Below, piece after piece: positions 63,000 through 64,000 of a DNA stretch of 64,000 nt; position 1 is the first letter of the stretch, and the number at the start of each line of letters is the position of its first letter. The stretch spans positions 70,868,001-70,932,000 of the forward strand of contig NC_086097.1 of NCBI RefSeq assembly GCF_963921235.1, written 5' to 3'. The DNA comes from Mobula hypostoma. Taxonomy: Eukaryota. A model generated the notes under the pieces. That model saw nothing but the letters and a program-made list of their open reading frames with translations. It did not search any database and was not told the origin of the DNA. The translations under genes were made by a program, and so were the position numbers.

Positions 63000-64000
63000 T
63001 CAACATACATCAAAGTTGCTGGTGAACGCAGCAGGCCAGGCAGCATCTCTAGGAAGAGGTGCAGTCGACGTTTCAGGCCGAGACCCTTCGTCAGGACTAA
63101 CTGAAGGAAGAGTGAGTAAGGGATTTGAAAGCTGGAGGGGGAGGGGGAGATGCAAAATGATAGGAGAAGACAGGAGGGGGAGGGATAGAGCCGAGAGCTG
63201 GACAGGTGATAGGCAAAAGGGGATACGAGAGGATCATGGGACAGGAGGCCCGGGAAGAAAGACAAGGAGGGGAGGGGGGGACCCAGAGGATGGGCAAGAG
63301 GTATATTCAGAGGGACAGAGGGAGAAAAAGGAGAGTGAGAGAAAGAATGTGTGCATAAAAATGAGTAACAGATGGGGTACGAGGGGAAGGTGGGGCCTTA
63401 GCGGAAGTTGGAGAAGTCGATGTTCATGCCATCAGGTTGGAGGCTACCCAGACGGAATATAAGGTGTTGTTCCTCCAACCTGAGTGTGGCTTCATCTTTA
63501 CAGTAGAGGAGGCCGTGGATAGACATGTCAGAATGGGAATGGGATGTGGAATTAAAATGTGTGGCCACTGGGAGATCCTGCTTTCTCTGGTGGACAGAGC
63601 GCAGATGTTCGGCAAAGCAGTCTCCCAGTCTGCGTCGGGTCTCGCCAATATATAAGAGGTCACATCGGGAGCACCGGACGCAGTATATCACCCCAGTAGA
63701 CTCACAGGTGAAGTGTTGCCTCACCTGGAAGGTCTGTTTGATGCCCTGAATGGTGGTAAGGGAGGAAGTGTAAGGGCATGTGTAGCACTTGTTCCACTTA
63801 CAAGGATAAGTGCCAGGAGGGAGATCGGTGGGGAGGGATGGGGGGGACGAATGGGCAAGGGAGTTGCGTAGGGAGCGATCCCTGCGGAATGCAGGGGGGG
63901 GGGAGAAAAGATGTGCTTAGTTGTGGGATCCCGTTGGAGGTGACGGAAGTTACGGAGAATAATATGTTGGACCCGGAGGCTGGTGGGGTGGTAGGTGAGG
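63000..64000 (-). mobile_element. Relatively young Neptune-type PLE 3' end (Cys linker, GIY-YIG, pLTR); runs off the window
   Basis: YPCKWNKCYTCP linker, then GVIYCVRCSRCDLLYIGETRRRLGDCFAEHLRSV...LEEQHLIFRLGSLQPDGMNIDF. Confidence 0.93.
63062..63099 (-). ncRNA. Minimal type I hammerhead-ribozyme motif (best-preserved copy)
   Basis: TAGTC-CTGACGA-A-GGGT(CTCG)GCCT-GAAAC-GTC-GACTG; complete core, stem I closes, palindromic ACGU in place of stem III. Confidence 0.8.

Overview
This is eukaryotic vertebrate genomic DNA. The repeat landscape (CR1, Rex1/Babar, L1, Penelope-like, Hero, Gypsy) suggests a cartilaginous fish, probably a ray; that assignment is inference. The only host coding sequence I found is one 161-bp internal exon of a protein kinase D gene (+ strand, 19541-19701, best match PRKD1), so the rest of the window is most likely two very large introns. 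Most ORFs in the supplied track are transposon fragments or chance ORFs. The main structures are: (1) a nested L1 locus (37.6-47.1 kb) in which an ORF1-only, HAL1-like element with a 14-bp target-site duplication (TSD) sits exactly at the host ORF2 start codon, and a solo LTR with internal minisatellites sits in the inter-ORF spacer; (2) several minimal hammerhead-ribozyme motifs in the terminal repeats (pLTRs) of Penelope-like elements, one of them in the sense orientation of the host pre-mRNA; (3) a Hero-type restriction-like-endonuclease fragment with a structured 3' UTR; (4) an old ~32-bp tandem array broken up by transposons; (5) transposon-free AT-rich islands that are candidate conserved enhancers. 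I see no CRISPR array or prokaryotic system. Element boundaries without a visible TSD are approximate.
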